Below, piece after piece: positions 8,907 to 19,900 of a stretch of DNA of 64,000 nucleotides (the first letter of the stretch is position 1; each line of letters starts with the position of its first letter). The notes under the pieces are model-generated. The model had not been told where the DNA came from. It worked only from the letters and a program-made list of their open reading frames with translations, and did no database searches. This DNA is from an uncultured bacterium (lineage in GTDB: Bacteria; Planctomycetota; UBA1135; GCA-002686595), in the NCBI GenBank assembly GCA_943787795.1, contig CALSNU010000001.1:1088001-1152000 (forward strand), given 5' to 3'. The translations under genes were made by a program, and so were the position numbers.

Positions 8907-10793
8907 ATGGGACCTGGACCGGATGAGGGGGAGGGGCCTGACCCGACGCAGGACGTCGGGGATGTGCCGGACCACGGGGACGCGTTCGCCGGTAGCGGCT
9001 TCAACCCCGGCCGGTGGTCGTCGGATGATGACCTGCCCTCGATCGGCGCCGACTCGGCCGAGAGCGGCCAGTGGGACAGCGAGGACGGCTGGGACCCCGC
9101 GCCCATCGACGAGGGGGACGGCGGCTCCGCCGAGGCGGAGGAGAGCGCGGCGGACGTCGACGCCTCCGAGCTTCATTCTGAAGCGGCGGCGGTGAGCGCC
9201 GCCGAGCCGGCGGAAGCGTCGACCGCGAGTCGCGCAGATGGACCCGCGGCGGCGAGCGCCTCCGCGGCTGGAGCGGGCGTCGGCGGTGCGGCCAGTCCGC
9301 CCGCGTCGATCACCCAGCCTGCCCCGGGAACGCAAATGCCCGCCGCGGCCGCGGCCGGGCCGGGGGAGGAGTTCCGCTCCTTCGATCTCCCGCGTGAGGG
9401 CGGGCAGGATTCTCGCAGGGGGCGCTCTGCCGGTGGGAACCGTGTCGTGCCCCATGACCTGGGAGCGGAGCGGAGCGTCCTCGGCGCACTGATGATGAGC
9501 CCGGACCGCCTCGTGGAGGTGTCCGAGGTCTGCAAGCCAGCGAACTTCTTCGAGCGCCGGCACCGCCTCCTCTACGAGACGATGATCGAGCTGGACGCTC
9601 GCGGGCAGGTCGTCGATGGCGTCACGCTCACCTCCACGCTGCGCGCGACGCAGAAGCTCGGCGAGGTCGGGGGGATCTCCTATCTCGGCGACGTCGCCAG
9701 CTCGGTGAGCACGTCGGCGCACGTGAAGCACCACGCGTCCCTTGTCGCAGAGACCGCGAAGCTCCGGGGCCTCATCGAGGCGTCGAACGAGATCGTCGCG
9801 AAGGCCATGGAGACCCCGCCGGACCGGGACGAGGTCCAGACCCTGATCGACGAGTCGGAGTCCGCCATCTTCAGCGTCGCGGCCAGCGGTGAGACGCGGG
9901 GCGCGGCGGGGGTGAGCTCCATCCTCGACGAGGTCTTCCACGGCCTCGAGGCGCAGCGCGACCGCGGCGAGTTCACGGGCATCCCGAGCGGCTTCTATGA
10001 CCTCGATGAGATGCTCGGCGGGTTCAACCCGGGCGAGATGACGGTCATCGCGGCCCGCCCGGCCATGGGCAAGACCGCGTTCGTACTCAACCTGATGGAC
10101 CACGCCTCCACGCACGTGGCGGACAGCCTCGGGTACGCGCCGTCGGTGCTCTTCTTCAGCCTCGAGATGGGTCGGGCCTCCATCGTCCAGCGCATGCTCG
10201 TGGCGCGGGCCCAGGTGGAGGCCCACCGGCTCCGTTCTGGTCGCCTCCATGACCGGGAGTACGCTGACCTCGTGGAGGCCGCCGGGGTGCTGAAGAGCGC
10301 TCGCCTCTTCATCGATGACACCCCCGGACTCTCGATCATGGCGCTCCGTAGCCGGGCGCGCAGGCTCAAGGCGGAGCACGGCCTCGACATGATCGTGATC
10401 GACTACCTCCAGCTGCTCTCGGCCAAGGCGGAGAGCCGCCAGCAGGAGATCAGCATGATCTCGCGCTCGCTGAAGGAGCTGGCCCGTGAGCTTGAGATCC
10501 CGCTGATCACGCTCGCCCAGCTGTCCCGGAGCGTGGAGTCCAGGGAGGAGAAGCGCCCCCAGCTCTCCGACCTGCGCGAATCTGGCTCGATCGAGCAGGA
10601 CGCCGACGTCGTGGCCATGCTGTACCGCCCGGAGTACTACTTCCCGATCGACGAGAACAAGGGCAAGGCGGAGGTGCTGATCGTCAAGCACAGGAACGGC
10701 GCGACGGGCACGGTCGAGCTCCAGTTCCAGGGAGCGATGCTGCGCTTCTCCAACCGCGAGCCCTCGATGGCAGAGCCCATCACTGGGCTGTAG
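8907..10793 (+). CDS. dnaB: Replicative DNA helicase with long acidic N-terminal extension (start uncertain)
   Basis: 'PHDLGAERSVLG', Walker A 'AARPAMGKT', 'FSLEM', 'IDYLQL', 'SDLRESGSIEQDAD', 'KHRNG'; follows rplI. Confidence 0.95.
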   Translation: MGPGPDEGEGPDPTQDVGDVPDHGDAFAGSGFNPGRWSSDDDLPSIGADSAESGQWDSEDGWDPAPIDEGDGGSAEAEESAADVDASELHSEAAAVSAAEPAEASTASRADGPAAASASAAGAGVGGAASPPASITQPAPGTQMPAAAAAGPGEEFRSFDLPREGGQDSRRGRSAGGNRVVPHDLGAERSVLGALMMSPDRLVEVSEVCKPANFFERRHRLLYETMIELDARGQVVDGVTLTSTLRATQKLGEVGGISYLGDVASSVSTSAHVKHHASLVAETAKLRGLIEASNEIVAKAMETPPDRDEVQTLIDESESAIFSVAASGETRGAAGVSSILDEVFHGLEAQRDRGEFTGIPSGFYDLDEMLGGFNPGEMTVIAARPAMGKTAFVLNLMDHASTHVADSLGYAPSVLFFSLEMGRASIVQRMLVARAQVEAHRLRSGRLHDREYADLVEAAGVLKSARLFIDDTPGLSIMALRSRARRLKAEHGLDMIVIDYLQLLSAKAESRQQEISMISRSLKELARELEIPLITLAQLSRSVESREEKRPQLSDLRESGSIEQDADVVAMLYRPEYYFPIDENKGKAEVLIVKHRNGATGTVELQFQGAMLRFSNREPSMAEPITGL

Positions 10794-10883
10794 CCATCGG
10801 CAGCGCTGGCTTTGTACGCTCCCAGCCCCCCTGGCCCCAGATCCGCCCCAGGATCGTCGCCGGGGGCCCAGCCCAACCCCAAC

Positions 10884-13451
10884 GTGCGCCTCGTCCACCT
10901 CCTCCTCATCCTCCTGGTCGGGGCGTTCACGCTCTCTGAGGGCGCGGCGGCGAGGCAGCTCACAGAGCGTGCCCAGCTTGATTGGGACCGACCGCTCGTC
11001 ATGGACGTGGCCGTCTCCGGGCTCACGGCGCACGACGCCGAGCAGGTCGTGGGGCGCCTGGGGGTCCGTGTGGGAAAGCCCATCCCGAGGTCGATCAGCC
11101 TCGCTCAGAAGAGGCTCTGGGAGGACTTCCGAATCCTGATCGCGAGAGACGGGTATCTCTTCGAGGAGGTCGAGGGCGGCGTCCGCGTGCGCCTCAAGTT
11201 CATCGAGTCCCCGGTGGACCTTGACCCACGCTTCGTGGGTAACAACAACTTCGACGTCGCAAGGCTCCGTGAGTGGGCGCAGCTGGATGACCGCGTGGAG
11301 GTGTACGCCGACGAGGCGCCGAAGGTCGCGGAGCGCATCCGGACGGCCTATCGCCGGCAGGGGTACTACTTCGTAGAGGTTGAGCCGAGGATCCGGGGCG
11401 ATGGGGGCGTCCGCTATGAGGAGATCATCTTCGAGATCCGCGAGGGTCCAAAGGTCTATGTGAAGGGCGTCGAGGTTGTCGGCAACGAGTCGATCCCGGA
11501 GATCGGAATCCTCTTCTGGAAGCAGAGCCTTCTGAAGACCGCGCAGCTGGGCACCAAGGGGCGGGGCCTGTTCGCGTGGTGGGGGCACCGCTTCGTGGAG
11601 CAGGTCGTCCAGGAGGACGTGCTCGCCATCGCCGGCGTCTACCGAGATCGTGGTTATCTCGACGCGGTGGTCGGCTACGAGCTCGACTTCAACGACGACA
11701 GAAGCGGGGTGCGTGTGACCTTCAACATTGACGAGGGCGAGCCTTACCGCGTTTCGAAGGTGAGCTTCCAGGCCCTTGAGAAGGAGCTCGTCGAGGTCAC
11801 GCCCGGCGGGCGCCGGGAGGCGGAGTTCCGGGAGGTGGAGCTCTCCATCCCGGAGGAGGAGCTTCGCTCGCTCCTCTCCCTCGAGCCAGGCGTCATCTAC
11901 GAGGCGGTCCGGATCGCGCTCGACGCTCAATCCTTCAGGGACCGGTATGGGGAGGAAGGCTATATCGATGCCGGCTCCTTTGACGACCCCACGGGTGTCG
12001 CGGGCTGGAGCTTCCTCAACCCCAGTCTCGTCTACGACGTCGAGAACAAGACCGTCGCCGTCACCTATCGCATCCAGGAGGGCCGCCGGTTCTTCCTGCG
12101 CTTCCTCGAGATCGAGGGCAACGAACACACCAAGGACCACGTCATCCGGCGCCGCTTTGCCCAGCTGGAGGGGGAGCGCGTGGACTCGAAGGAGCTCCGA
12201 GCTGGGCTGCGCCGGGTCACGGCAACGGGATACTTCAACGACGACTATGCACAGGGGGGCCACCCGCCGCCGTCGCTCCGCTACCGCCCTGTGGAGGGCG
12301 AGCCCGACCTCGTGGACGCCGTCGTCGAGGTCAAGGAAGGCCGGACGATCAACGCGAACGTCTCAGGCGGCGTCGCGAGCGACCAGGGGCTCATCGGAAT
12401 CATCTCCCTGTCGATCGGCAACTTCGACGCGAAGAAGCTGCCGTCCAGCCTGCTTGGAACCTTCGGCGAGGTGTACCGCAAGGAGGCCTTCACAGGCAAC
12501 GACGAGCGGTTTGGGGTCGACCTCTCGCCGGGTTCCGAGGTCAGCTCCTGGCGTGTCATCTACAGTCACCCGGACTTCCTGAAGCGCTACTTCGACCCGC
12601 TGGGTCTGACCTTCGAGGTGGTGGCAAGGGACCGGATCTTCCGTTCGCACGACGAGAATCGAAAGTTCTTCCGGGCCGCCCTGACCCGAGCCTTTGGCCA
12701 GGGCGATTACAGCGCAAGCGTCGGGTTCCGGACCGAGTCCATCCGGATCGATGATCTGGACACGTCCGTTGAGCTGCCCCGGACACTGGTGGACTCCGTG
12801 GGGACCGAGGACTACGTCGGGCTGACCGCCTCGCTCAGCGCGAACTTCCTCGACAACCCGCGCCTGCCACGCTTCGGCTGGTCGGCCCGCTGGACGAACA
12901 CGCTGTACCCGACCGCCTTCGGGAGTGACGCGAACCTGTTCAAGTCCGAGGCCTCGTACGACAAGTACTTCTATCTCTCCCCTGACCGGGAGTCGGCGGC
13001 ACCTGGCATCTACGTCGGCCTCGGCGCCGGGCTCGCGGTGCCCTTCAATGAGGAGGAGGGCAGCGTGAACTACGGCGAGCGCTTCTTCTTCGGCGGCTCT
13101 CGCTTCGGTCGGGGCTTCCGCTTCCGCGGGGTCGGGCCCTACGAGGGCGCCTACCCCCTGGGAGGGGAGACCTTCCTCAGGGCGACCACCGAGTACCGGG
13201 TTCCGCTCTACACCCAGCCGGTACCGGGCACGGCACGACGCAGAGAGGTCTTCCGGGGCTCCCTCTTCGTGGATGCCGGAGTGCTCGACCCCGAGGCCTA
13301 CCAGGTCGACTTCAACGAGACGCGGGTCTCCGCTGGCTTCGCCCTCGGCATGATCCAGCCGTTCCCGGTCACCTTCAGCTTCGGGTGGCCCCTCAAGTCC
13401 GACGCGGCGGACGAGACCCAGGTCTTTGCGTTCAGCCTGACGCTCCGTTGA
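10884..13451 (+). CDS. bamA: Outer membrane protein assembly factor BamA (Omp85)
   Basis: Signal peptide from GTG 10884; POTRA patterns ('Y...GY', 'IEGNEHTKDHVIRR'); 'FFGG...RGF....GP'; terminal beta-signal 'FAFSLTLR'; upstream of lpxD. Confidence 0.88.
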   Translation: MRLVHLLLILLVGAFTLSEGAAARQLTERAQLDWDRPLVMDVAVSGLTAHDAEQVVGRLGVRVGKPIPRSISLAQKRLWEDFRILIARDGYLFEEVEGGVRVRLKFIESPVDLDPRFVGNNNFDVARLREWAQLDDRVEVYADEAPKVAERIRTAYRRQGYYFVEVEPRIRGDGGVRYEEIIFEIREGPKVYVKGVEVVGNESIPEIGILFWKQSLLKTAQLGTKGRGLFAWWGHRFVEQVVQEDVLAIAGVYRDRGYLDAVVGYELDFNDDRSGVRVTFNIDEGEPYRVSKVSFQALEKELVEVTPGGRREAEFREVELSIPEEELRSLLSLEPGVIYEAVRIALDAQSFRDRYGEEGYIDAGSFDDPTGVAGWSFLNPSLVYDVENKTVAVTYRIQEGRRFFLRFLEIEGNEHTKDHVIRRRFAQLEGERVDSKELRAGLRRVTATGYFNDDYAQGGHPPPSLRYRPVEGEPDLVDAVVEVKEGRTINANVSGGVASDQGLIGIISLSIGNFDAKKLPSSLLGTFGEVYRKEAFTGNDERFGVDLSPGSEVSSWRVIYSHPDFLKRYFDPLGLTFEVVARDRIFRSHDENRKFFRAALTRAFGQGDYSASVGFRTESIRIDDLDTSVELPRTLVDSVGTEDYVGLTASLSANFLDNPRLPRFGWSARWTNTLYPTAFGSDANLFKSEASYDKYFYLSPDRESAAPGIYVGLGAGLAVPFNEEEGSVNYGERFFFGGSRFGRGFRFRGVGPYEGAYPLGGETFLRATTEYRVPLYTQPVPGTARRREVFRGSLFVDAGVLDPEAYQVDFNETRVSAGFALGMIQPFPVTFSFGWPLKSDAADETQVFAFSLTLR

Positions 13452-13578
13452 TCGCGTCGCTCGGGCTCCTCGAAGAGCCGGCCTCACTTGGTTTGACTTG
13501 GCGGGTGCCTGGGGGCACCCTCTGGCCAACGGACGGCCTCCCTGGGAGGTCCCGAGCCCAATGCTGCCCAAGCGTCTC

Positions 13579-14697
13579 ATGAGTGCACGAAGCCTGGACG
13601 AACTCGCCGCCCTGTGCGGCGCTGATCTTGAAGGGGACGGCACAAGGCAGATCTCCGGCCCCTGTGGTCTGGCGGAGGCCGTGGAGGGACAGATCTCTTT
13701 TCTGACCCAGGCCGCCTACGCGCCCCTCGTCGAGAGCACGGGGGCGAGCGCTGTGGTGTTGGCCCGCGACGTGGTGGTCGAGCGAGGAGACCTCGCGCTG
13801 CTCCGCTGCGACGACCCTGAGGAGGCCTTCACCCAGGTGATCCTCGCCTTCGCGCCCGAGGTCCCCCCCGTCCCGCAGGGCGTGGACCCCAGCGCGGTCA
13901 TTCACCCGACCGCTCAGCTGGGCGAGGGCGTCAGGGTCGGCCCCCTGGTCAGCGTGGGGCTCGGCGCGACGGTCGGGCCTCGGGCGGTCCTGCATGCGGG
14001 GGTGCAGGTCGGCGCTCACGCGGAGGTCGGCGGGGACACGGAGCTCCACCCCAACGTCGTGCTCTACCCGCACACCCGGGTCGGGGAGCGCTGCGTCATC
14101 CACGCGAACTCGGTCCTTGGATCGGACGGGTTCGGGTTCCTGTTCAATGGCGCGCGGTGGGCGAAGACTCCCCAGGTGGGGAACGTCGTCCTGGGGGATG
14201 ACGTCGAGATCGGCGCGGGCTGCACCGTGGACTGCGCGCGGTTTGGCTCCACCACGATCTCGGAGGGCTGCAGGCTCGACAACCTCGTTCACGTGGGGCA
14301 CAACGTCACCGTGGGGAAGCACTCGCTGCTGCTTGCGCAGGTGGGGGTCGCAGGCTCCACCCATATCGGGGAGGGAGTGATCCTCGCCGGGCAGTCCGGT
14401 GTGGCCGGGCACCTCTCCATCGGGGACGGCGTGCAGGTGGCCGCGCGGGCCGGAGTGACCAAGGACCTCGCCGCTGGGGGGCAGTTCTACGGGTACCCCG
14501 CGGGGCCTCGACGGGAGCGCCTGCGCTCCATCGCTCGCACCCAGCGCCTCCCTGGCGAGCTGGAGTCGCTTCGGGGCGAGGTCCAGGATCTCCGCGAGAG
14601 GCTCGAATCGGCGCTCGTACGGCTGGAATCAGCAGGGGAGGGTGCGCTGGAAGCAGCCATCGACGACACTCCCCCCGAGGAGGATCAGAGCTCATGA
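13579..14697 (+). CDS. lpxD: UDP-3-O-acylglucosamine N-acyltransferase
   Basis: 'GSDGFGF', 'PQVGNV.LGDDVEIGA', 'LDNLVHVGHN', 'AQVGVAGS', hexapeptide repeats; alternative ATG at 13561. Confidence 0.95.
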   Translation: MSARSLDELAALCGADLEGDGTRQISGPCGLAEAVEGQISFLTQAAYAPLVESTGASAVVLARDVVVERGDLALLRCDDPEEAFTQVILAFAPEVPPVPQGVDPSAVIHPTAQLGEGVRVGPLVSVGLGATVGPRAVLHAGVQVGAHAEVGGDTELHPNVVLYPHTRVGERCVIHANSVLGSDGFGFLFNGARWAKTPQVGNVVLGDDVEIGAGCTVDCARFGSTTISEGCRLDNLVHVGHNVTVGKHSLLLAQVGVAGSTHIGEGVILAGQSGVAGHLSIGDGVQVAARAGVTKDLAAGGQFYGYPAGPRRERLRSIARTQRLPGELESLRGEVQDLRERLESALVRLESAGEGALEAAIDDTPPEEDQSS

Positions 14698-15986
14698 GTC
14701 GCAGGCAGTACACGCTCCGCACTCCGGTCGAGGTGACCGGGGTCGGGCTGCACACAGGGGAGGAGACCCAGGTCAGGGTGGCGCCGGCGCCGCCGGACCA
14801 TGGGATCGAGTTCGTGCGAACGGACATCGACGACGCGCCCTCCGTGCCGGCCCTCATCGGCAACCAGTCCCCGAAGGATCGCCGGACACGCCTGGTGCGA
14901 GACCGGGTCGAGGTGGAGACCGTCGAGCACTTCCTCGCGGCCTGCAAGGGGCTGGGGGTGGACAACCTCCGGGTCGAGATGTCGGGGTCGGAGTTCCCTG
15001 GCGTTGACGGGAGCGCGGCGCCCTTTGTTGAGCTTCTGGAGAGCGGCGGCCTCGTCGAGCAGAAGCCCGCCGCCAAGGTCTTCCGCCTCGAGGAGCCGGT
15101 CTTCGTGCGTGACGGCAACGCGACGCTGGTCGCGCTGCCCACGGAGAAAGACGTCCTCACGCTTCAGTACGTCGCCTCCTTCGAGGAGCCGGGGGTGGAG
15201 TCGGGCAGCTACCAGTTCGACGTGGACCCCGAGACGTTCAAGGCGGAGATCGCCTCGGCTCGCACGTTCTGCCTCGCGTCCGAGGTGGAGGCGCTCCAGG
15301 CGGCAGGCCTCGGGAAGGGGGCGACGCGCGACAACACCCTGGTGCTCGGCGACCCCGACACCGAGATGCGCATGGAGGGCGAGCCCGTTCGGCACAAGAT
15401 GCTGGACCTGGTCGGCGACCTCTCGCTCCTCGGGTCCGACTTGATCGCCCACGTGATCGCGACCCGCAGCGGTCACGCCACCAACGCAGAGCTGGTGCGC
15501 CGGCTCCTGGCGATCATCGAGGCGAAGGAGGCCAGTGGGCTCGTGGAGCGCGAGTCGGGGATGGATATCCGGCGCATCCTCGAGCAGCTTCCGCACCGCT
15601 ATCCGTTCCTCTTGATTGACCGGGTCATCGAGGTCCAGGGCTTCCAGCGGGCCGTGGGGATCAAGAACGTCACGATCAACGAGCCCTACTTCCAGGGGCA
15701 CTTCCCCGACATCCCCCTCATGCCAGGGGTGCTCCAGCTCGAGGCGATGGCCCAGCTCTCGGGGATGCTGCTGCTGCGCAAGCTCGAATTCAGCGGGAAG
15801 CTCGCCGTCCTCTGGTCCATGGACAAGGTCAAGCTGCGCGGCGGCGTGACCCCCGGAGACCAGCTCCGCCTGGAGGTGGAGACGGTCCGCATCAAGGGCG
15901 ACACCATCAAGGTCCGCGGCTCCGGCTCCGTGGCGGGCAGGCCCGTCTGCGAAGCCGAGCTCATGTTCACCATGCTGGAGGCCTGA
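14694..15986 (+). CDS. lpxC-fabZ: Bifunctional LpxC deacetylase / FabZ dehydratase fusion
   Basis: N-terminal 'GVGLHTG', 'TVEHFLAA', 'DGSA', 'ARTF', 'HKMLDLVGDL'; C-terminal 'LPHRYPFLLIDR', 'FQGHFP..P.MPGVLQLEAMAQ'. Confidence 0.96.
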   Translation: MSRRQYTLRTPVEVTGVGLHTGEETQVRVAPAPPDHGIEFVRTDIDDAPSVPALIGNQSPKDRRTRLVRDRVEVETVEHFLAACKGLGVDNLRVEMSGSEFPGVDGSAAPFVELLESGGLVEQKPAAKVFRLEEPVFVRDGNATLVALPTEKDVLTLQYVASFEEPGVESGSYQFDVDPETFKAEIASARTFCLASEVEALQAAGLGKGATRDNTLVLGDPDTEMRMEGEPVRHKMLDLVGDLSLLGSDLIAHVIATRSGHATNAELVRRLLAIIEAKEASGLVERESGMDIRRILEQLPHRYPFLLIDRVIEVQGFQRAVGIKNVTINEPYFQGHFPDIPLMPGVLQLEAMAQLSGMLLLRKLEFSGKLAVLWSMDKVKLRGGVTPGDQLRLEVETVRIKGDTIKVRGSGSVAGRPVCEAELMFTMLEA

Positions 15987-16005
15987 TCAGCAGTTGTCGA
16001 AGACC

Positions 16006-16869
16006 ATGTCCCAGCAGATCCACCATACCGCGCAGATCGCGGACGGCGCCGAGCTCGGCGACGGCGTCGTGATTGGCCCCTCGGCCATCGTCGGGCCCCA
16101 CGTCAAGATCGGCGACCGAACGCGCATCGGTCCCCTGGTCGTCGTGGACGGCCACACCACCATCGGCGAGGACAACGTCATCGTCGGCCAGGCGAGCCTC
16201 GGAGCGGCGCCTCAGGACCTCTCGTATCGCGGCGAGCCGACGATGCTCGAGATCGGTGACCGGAACACGATCCGCGAGTTCGTGAGCATCAACCGCGGCA
16301 CCGTGAAGGGGGGCGGGGTGACCCGGGTCGGCTCCGACAACCTCATCATGGCCTGCTGTCACGTGGCCCATGACTGCGAGCTGGAGGACAACATCGTCCT
16401 CTCGAACAGCACGGGCCTCGCGGGCCACGTGAAGGTCGGGCGCAACGCCAACCTGTCCGGGATGTGCGGGATCGTCCACTTCGTCTCCATCGGAGAGTTC
16501 GCCTTCCTGGCGGGCATGACGCGCCTCGCGCGGGACGTGCCCCCCTACATGATCATCGAGGGGCACGAGGGCCGCGTGCGCGGGGTCAACGCGGTCGGGC
16601 TCGCCCGCGGGGGCGTCGAGGAGCCCGACCAGATGGCCCTCCGAGGGGCTTACAAGCGGATCTTCCGCGGCGACGAGCCCCAGAGCGCCGTCCTCGAGAA
16701 GATGCGGGGCGAGGACCACGAGTCCGCGCTCGTACAGCAGCTGGTCGCCGCCATGAGCCAGATGGAAGGGGCCCTCCGGGGCCGCGTCCGGGAGGGTCAG
16801 CGGGAGGACTTCATGGAAGTGGGCCGCAAGCTGATGCGCGAGATGGGCGTGCCGGGCTTCGAAGACTGA
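16006..16869 (+). CDS. lpxA: Acyl-ACP--UDP-GlcNAc O-acyltransferase
   Basis: 'PQDLSY.GE', 'IRE.VSINRGT', 'HVAHDC', 'LAGHV', 'GVNAVGL.R'. Confidence 0.96.
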   Translation: MSQQIHHTAQIADGAELGDGVVIGPSAIVGPHVKIGDRTRIGPLVVVDGHTTIGEDNVIVGQASLGAAPQDLSYRGEPTMLEIGDRNTIREFVSINRGTVKGGGVTRVGSDNLIMACCHVAHDCELEDNIVLSNSTGLAGHVKVGRNANLSGMCGIVHFVSIGEFAFLAGMTRLARDVPPYMIIEGHEGRVRGVNAVGLARGGVEEPDQMALRGAYKRIFRGDEPQSAVLEKMRGEDHESALVQQLVAAMSQMEGALRGRVREGQREDFMEVGRKLMREMGVPGFED

Positions 16870-16905
16870 CCCGGCGGCCGCGGGTCGTTATGCTCCGCCG
16901 CAGCC

Positions 16906-19900
16906 ATGAAGCTGCGACCCGTCAGGCCCGAAGTCGACTTCCCCGCCCTCGAGGCCCGCGTCCTGGATCACTGGGACGCCACCGACGCGTTCCGCAAGAG
17001 CGTGGAGCAGCGTCCCGAGGAGGACCGCTTCGTCTTCTATGACGGGCCGCCCTTCGCGACCGGGCTCCCGCACTACGGGCACTTCGTTGCCAGCGTCCTG
17101 AAGGACATTGTCCCGCGCTACTGGGCCATGAAGGGCAAGCGCGTGGAGCGCCGCTGGGGCTGGGACTGCCACGGGTTGCCGGTGGAGAACGAGACCCAGA
17201 AGGAGCTCGGGCTGGACTCCAAGGCCGACATCGACGAGCTGGGGATCGAGCGCTTCAACGAGGCCTGCCGCAGCATCGTGCTGCGATACACCGGCGAGTG
17301 GCAGCAGTCGATCCGTCGCCTGGGGCGCTGGGTCGATCACGACAGCGGCTACAAGACCATGGACGCCGACTTCATGGAGTCGGTGTGGTGGGTCTTCTCG
17401 GAGCTCTGGGAGAAGGGGCGGATCTATGAGGGGTACCGCGTGCAGCCGGTATCCCCGGCGCTCGGGACGCCCCTCTCCAACTTCGAGGTCGCCCAGGGAC
17501 CCCAGGAGCGAGACCCCGTCACGAAGAAGGACGGACACAAGCGCCGCCAGGATCCGAGCCTGACCGTCCGGTTCCAGCTCGAGGACGAGGACGCGAGCCT
17601 GTGGGCCTGGACCACCACGCCCTGGACGTTGCCGTCCAACCTCGCACTCGCCGTGAATCCGGGCGTGGAGTACGTGCGCTTCAAGGTCGTCGAGACCGGC
17701 GAGGTCGCCTACGCCGAGCCGAGCCGGCTCGCGGACTATCAGTCACGCGGCCGCGTGGGGGAGACGGAGGAGCTCGGCAGGCTGCCGGGCGCCGACTTGG
17801 TCGGGCGCCGCTATCGACCGCTCCTGCCGTACTTTGAACAGTACGCCGAGGGGGAGGGGGACGCGCGCCAGGCCTTCTTCGTCGTCTCTGCGGATTACGT
17901 CGAGACGTCCAGCGGTACGGGGATCGTTCACCAGGCGCCCGCGTTCGGTGAGGACGACTTCCAGACGGGCAAGGCGAACGGCTTGCCCCTCGTGAATCCC
18001 CTCTCGCTCACGGGGCACTTTGGGCCCGAGGTGGGCGACTTCGAGGGCCAGTTCGCCAAGGACGCGGACAAGGCCATCACCGTGCACCTCCGCGGGCTGG
18101 GGTCCGTGGTGGACCAGGACACCTACGTTCACCCCTATCCGCACTGCTATCGGACAGGGACCCCGCTGCTCTACATGGCGCTCTCCACCTGGTTCATGGA
18201 GGTGGAGCCCATGCGGGACGAGCTCGTCTCGAACAATCAGAAGACCCACTGGGTCCCCGAGGCCGTCGGCACGGGGCGCTTCGGAAACTGGCTCGCCTCG
18301 GCGCGGGACTGGAACCTCTCGCGGAACCGTTTCTGGGGGACGCCGCTCCCCATCTGGCGCTGCGACGAGGACCCCTCGGACATGGTCTGCGTGGGGAGCC
18401 GCGAACGCCTGGAGGAGCTCTGCGGGCTCGAGAAGGGGTCCGTCACGGACCTGCACCGCGACCGCATCGACCACCTCACCTTCCCGTCCGAGAGGACTCC
18501 CGGCGGCACCATGCGCCGCATCCCCGAGGTCTTCGACTGCTGGTTCGAGTCTGGCTCCATGCCCTACGCGGAGCACCACTACCCCTTCGAGAACCGCGAG
18601 CTGGTGGAGCAGAACCTCCCGGCGGACTTCATCGCGGAGGGGCTCGATCAGACCCGCGGGTGGTTCTACACGCTGACCGTGCTCTCCACGGCGCTCTTCG
18701 GCCGCCCTGCCTTCAAGAACGTGATCGTCAACGGCATCGTGCTCGCCGAGGACGGCGAGAAGATGTCGAAGTCGAAGCGCAACTTCCCCGACCCCAACCT
18801 CGTGCTGGAGAAGCTCGGGGCGGACGCCCTGCGTATCTACCTCGCGAGCTCGCCGGTGGTGAACGCCAAGTCCCTGCGCTTCGCAGAGGACGGGGTGCGC
18901 GAGCAGGTCCGGAGCGTGCTGCTGCCGCTTTGGAATGCCTACTCGTTCCTGACCCGCTACGCCGACGTCGATGGCTGGGAGCCGGATGGGCAGGCACCCT
19001 CGACCGATGTCAACGAGCTCGACGCGTGGATTCTCTCGCGGCTCCAGACGCTCCTCGCGGACGTCGAGGACCGGATGTCCCGCTACGAGCTCTTCCGGGT
19101 CGTCCCGGCCCTCCTCGAGTTCATCGACGACCTCACCAACTGGTACATCCGCCGCAGCCGCCGCCGCTTCTGGCGCGGCGCCTCGGACGCCCACGCAGAG
19201 GACAAGGGGAACGCGTACAGGACGCTCTACCACGTGCTCCTGACGCTCTCGAAGGTCCTGGCCCCTTTCGTGCCGTTCATCACCGAGGAGATCCACGGCA
19301 ACCTGTCGGACGGCGGGCGTGAGTCGGTCCACCTCGAGGACTACCCCGTTGCGGATCGGTCGCTCCAGGACGCCGGCCTTGAGCGCCGCATGGGCCTCGC
19401 TCGGACCGCCGTGAGCCTGGGTCGCGGCCTGCGGGCCAAGCACGACGTGCGGATCCGGCAGCCGCTGCCCTCGATGACGGTGGTGATGGCGGATCCTGAG
19501 GATCGCGCCTCCCTCGAGCGCATGGCCGAGATCGTGAGGGATGAGCTCAACGTAAAGGAGCTGCGGGTGTCCTCCGAGGAGGCGGACTTCGTGAGCTACT
19601 CGGCGAGGCCCAACCTCAAGGTGCTCGGGCCTCGATATGGCAAGAGCATCGGGGCCATCCGAGCGGAGATCGGGCGCTTCACAGGTGATCAGCTGGCCCT
19701 GGTCGTCGCGGGTGGCAGCCTCCAGAGCGAGGCCATCGCCGAGCTTCGATACGACGAGACGACCCTCCTGGTGGACCGCGCGTCCCGGGAGGGCACGGTG
19801 GTCGACACCCTGGACGGCGTCACCGTGGCGCTCGACGTCACGCTCGATGACGCTCTGCGTTTGGAGGGGCTCGCGCGCGAGCTGGTGAATCGGATCCAGG

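Noticed and set aside
8874..12263. 1129-aa minus-strand ORF and other long antisense ORFs (e.g. 17743-19992, 4249-5673, 5683-7059, 47109-48458)
   Set aside because: Shadows of well-supported genes on the opposite strand, expected in high-GC DNA; no motifs.
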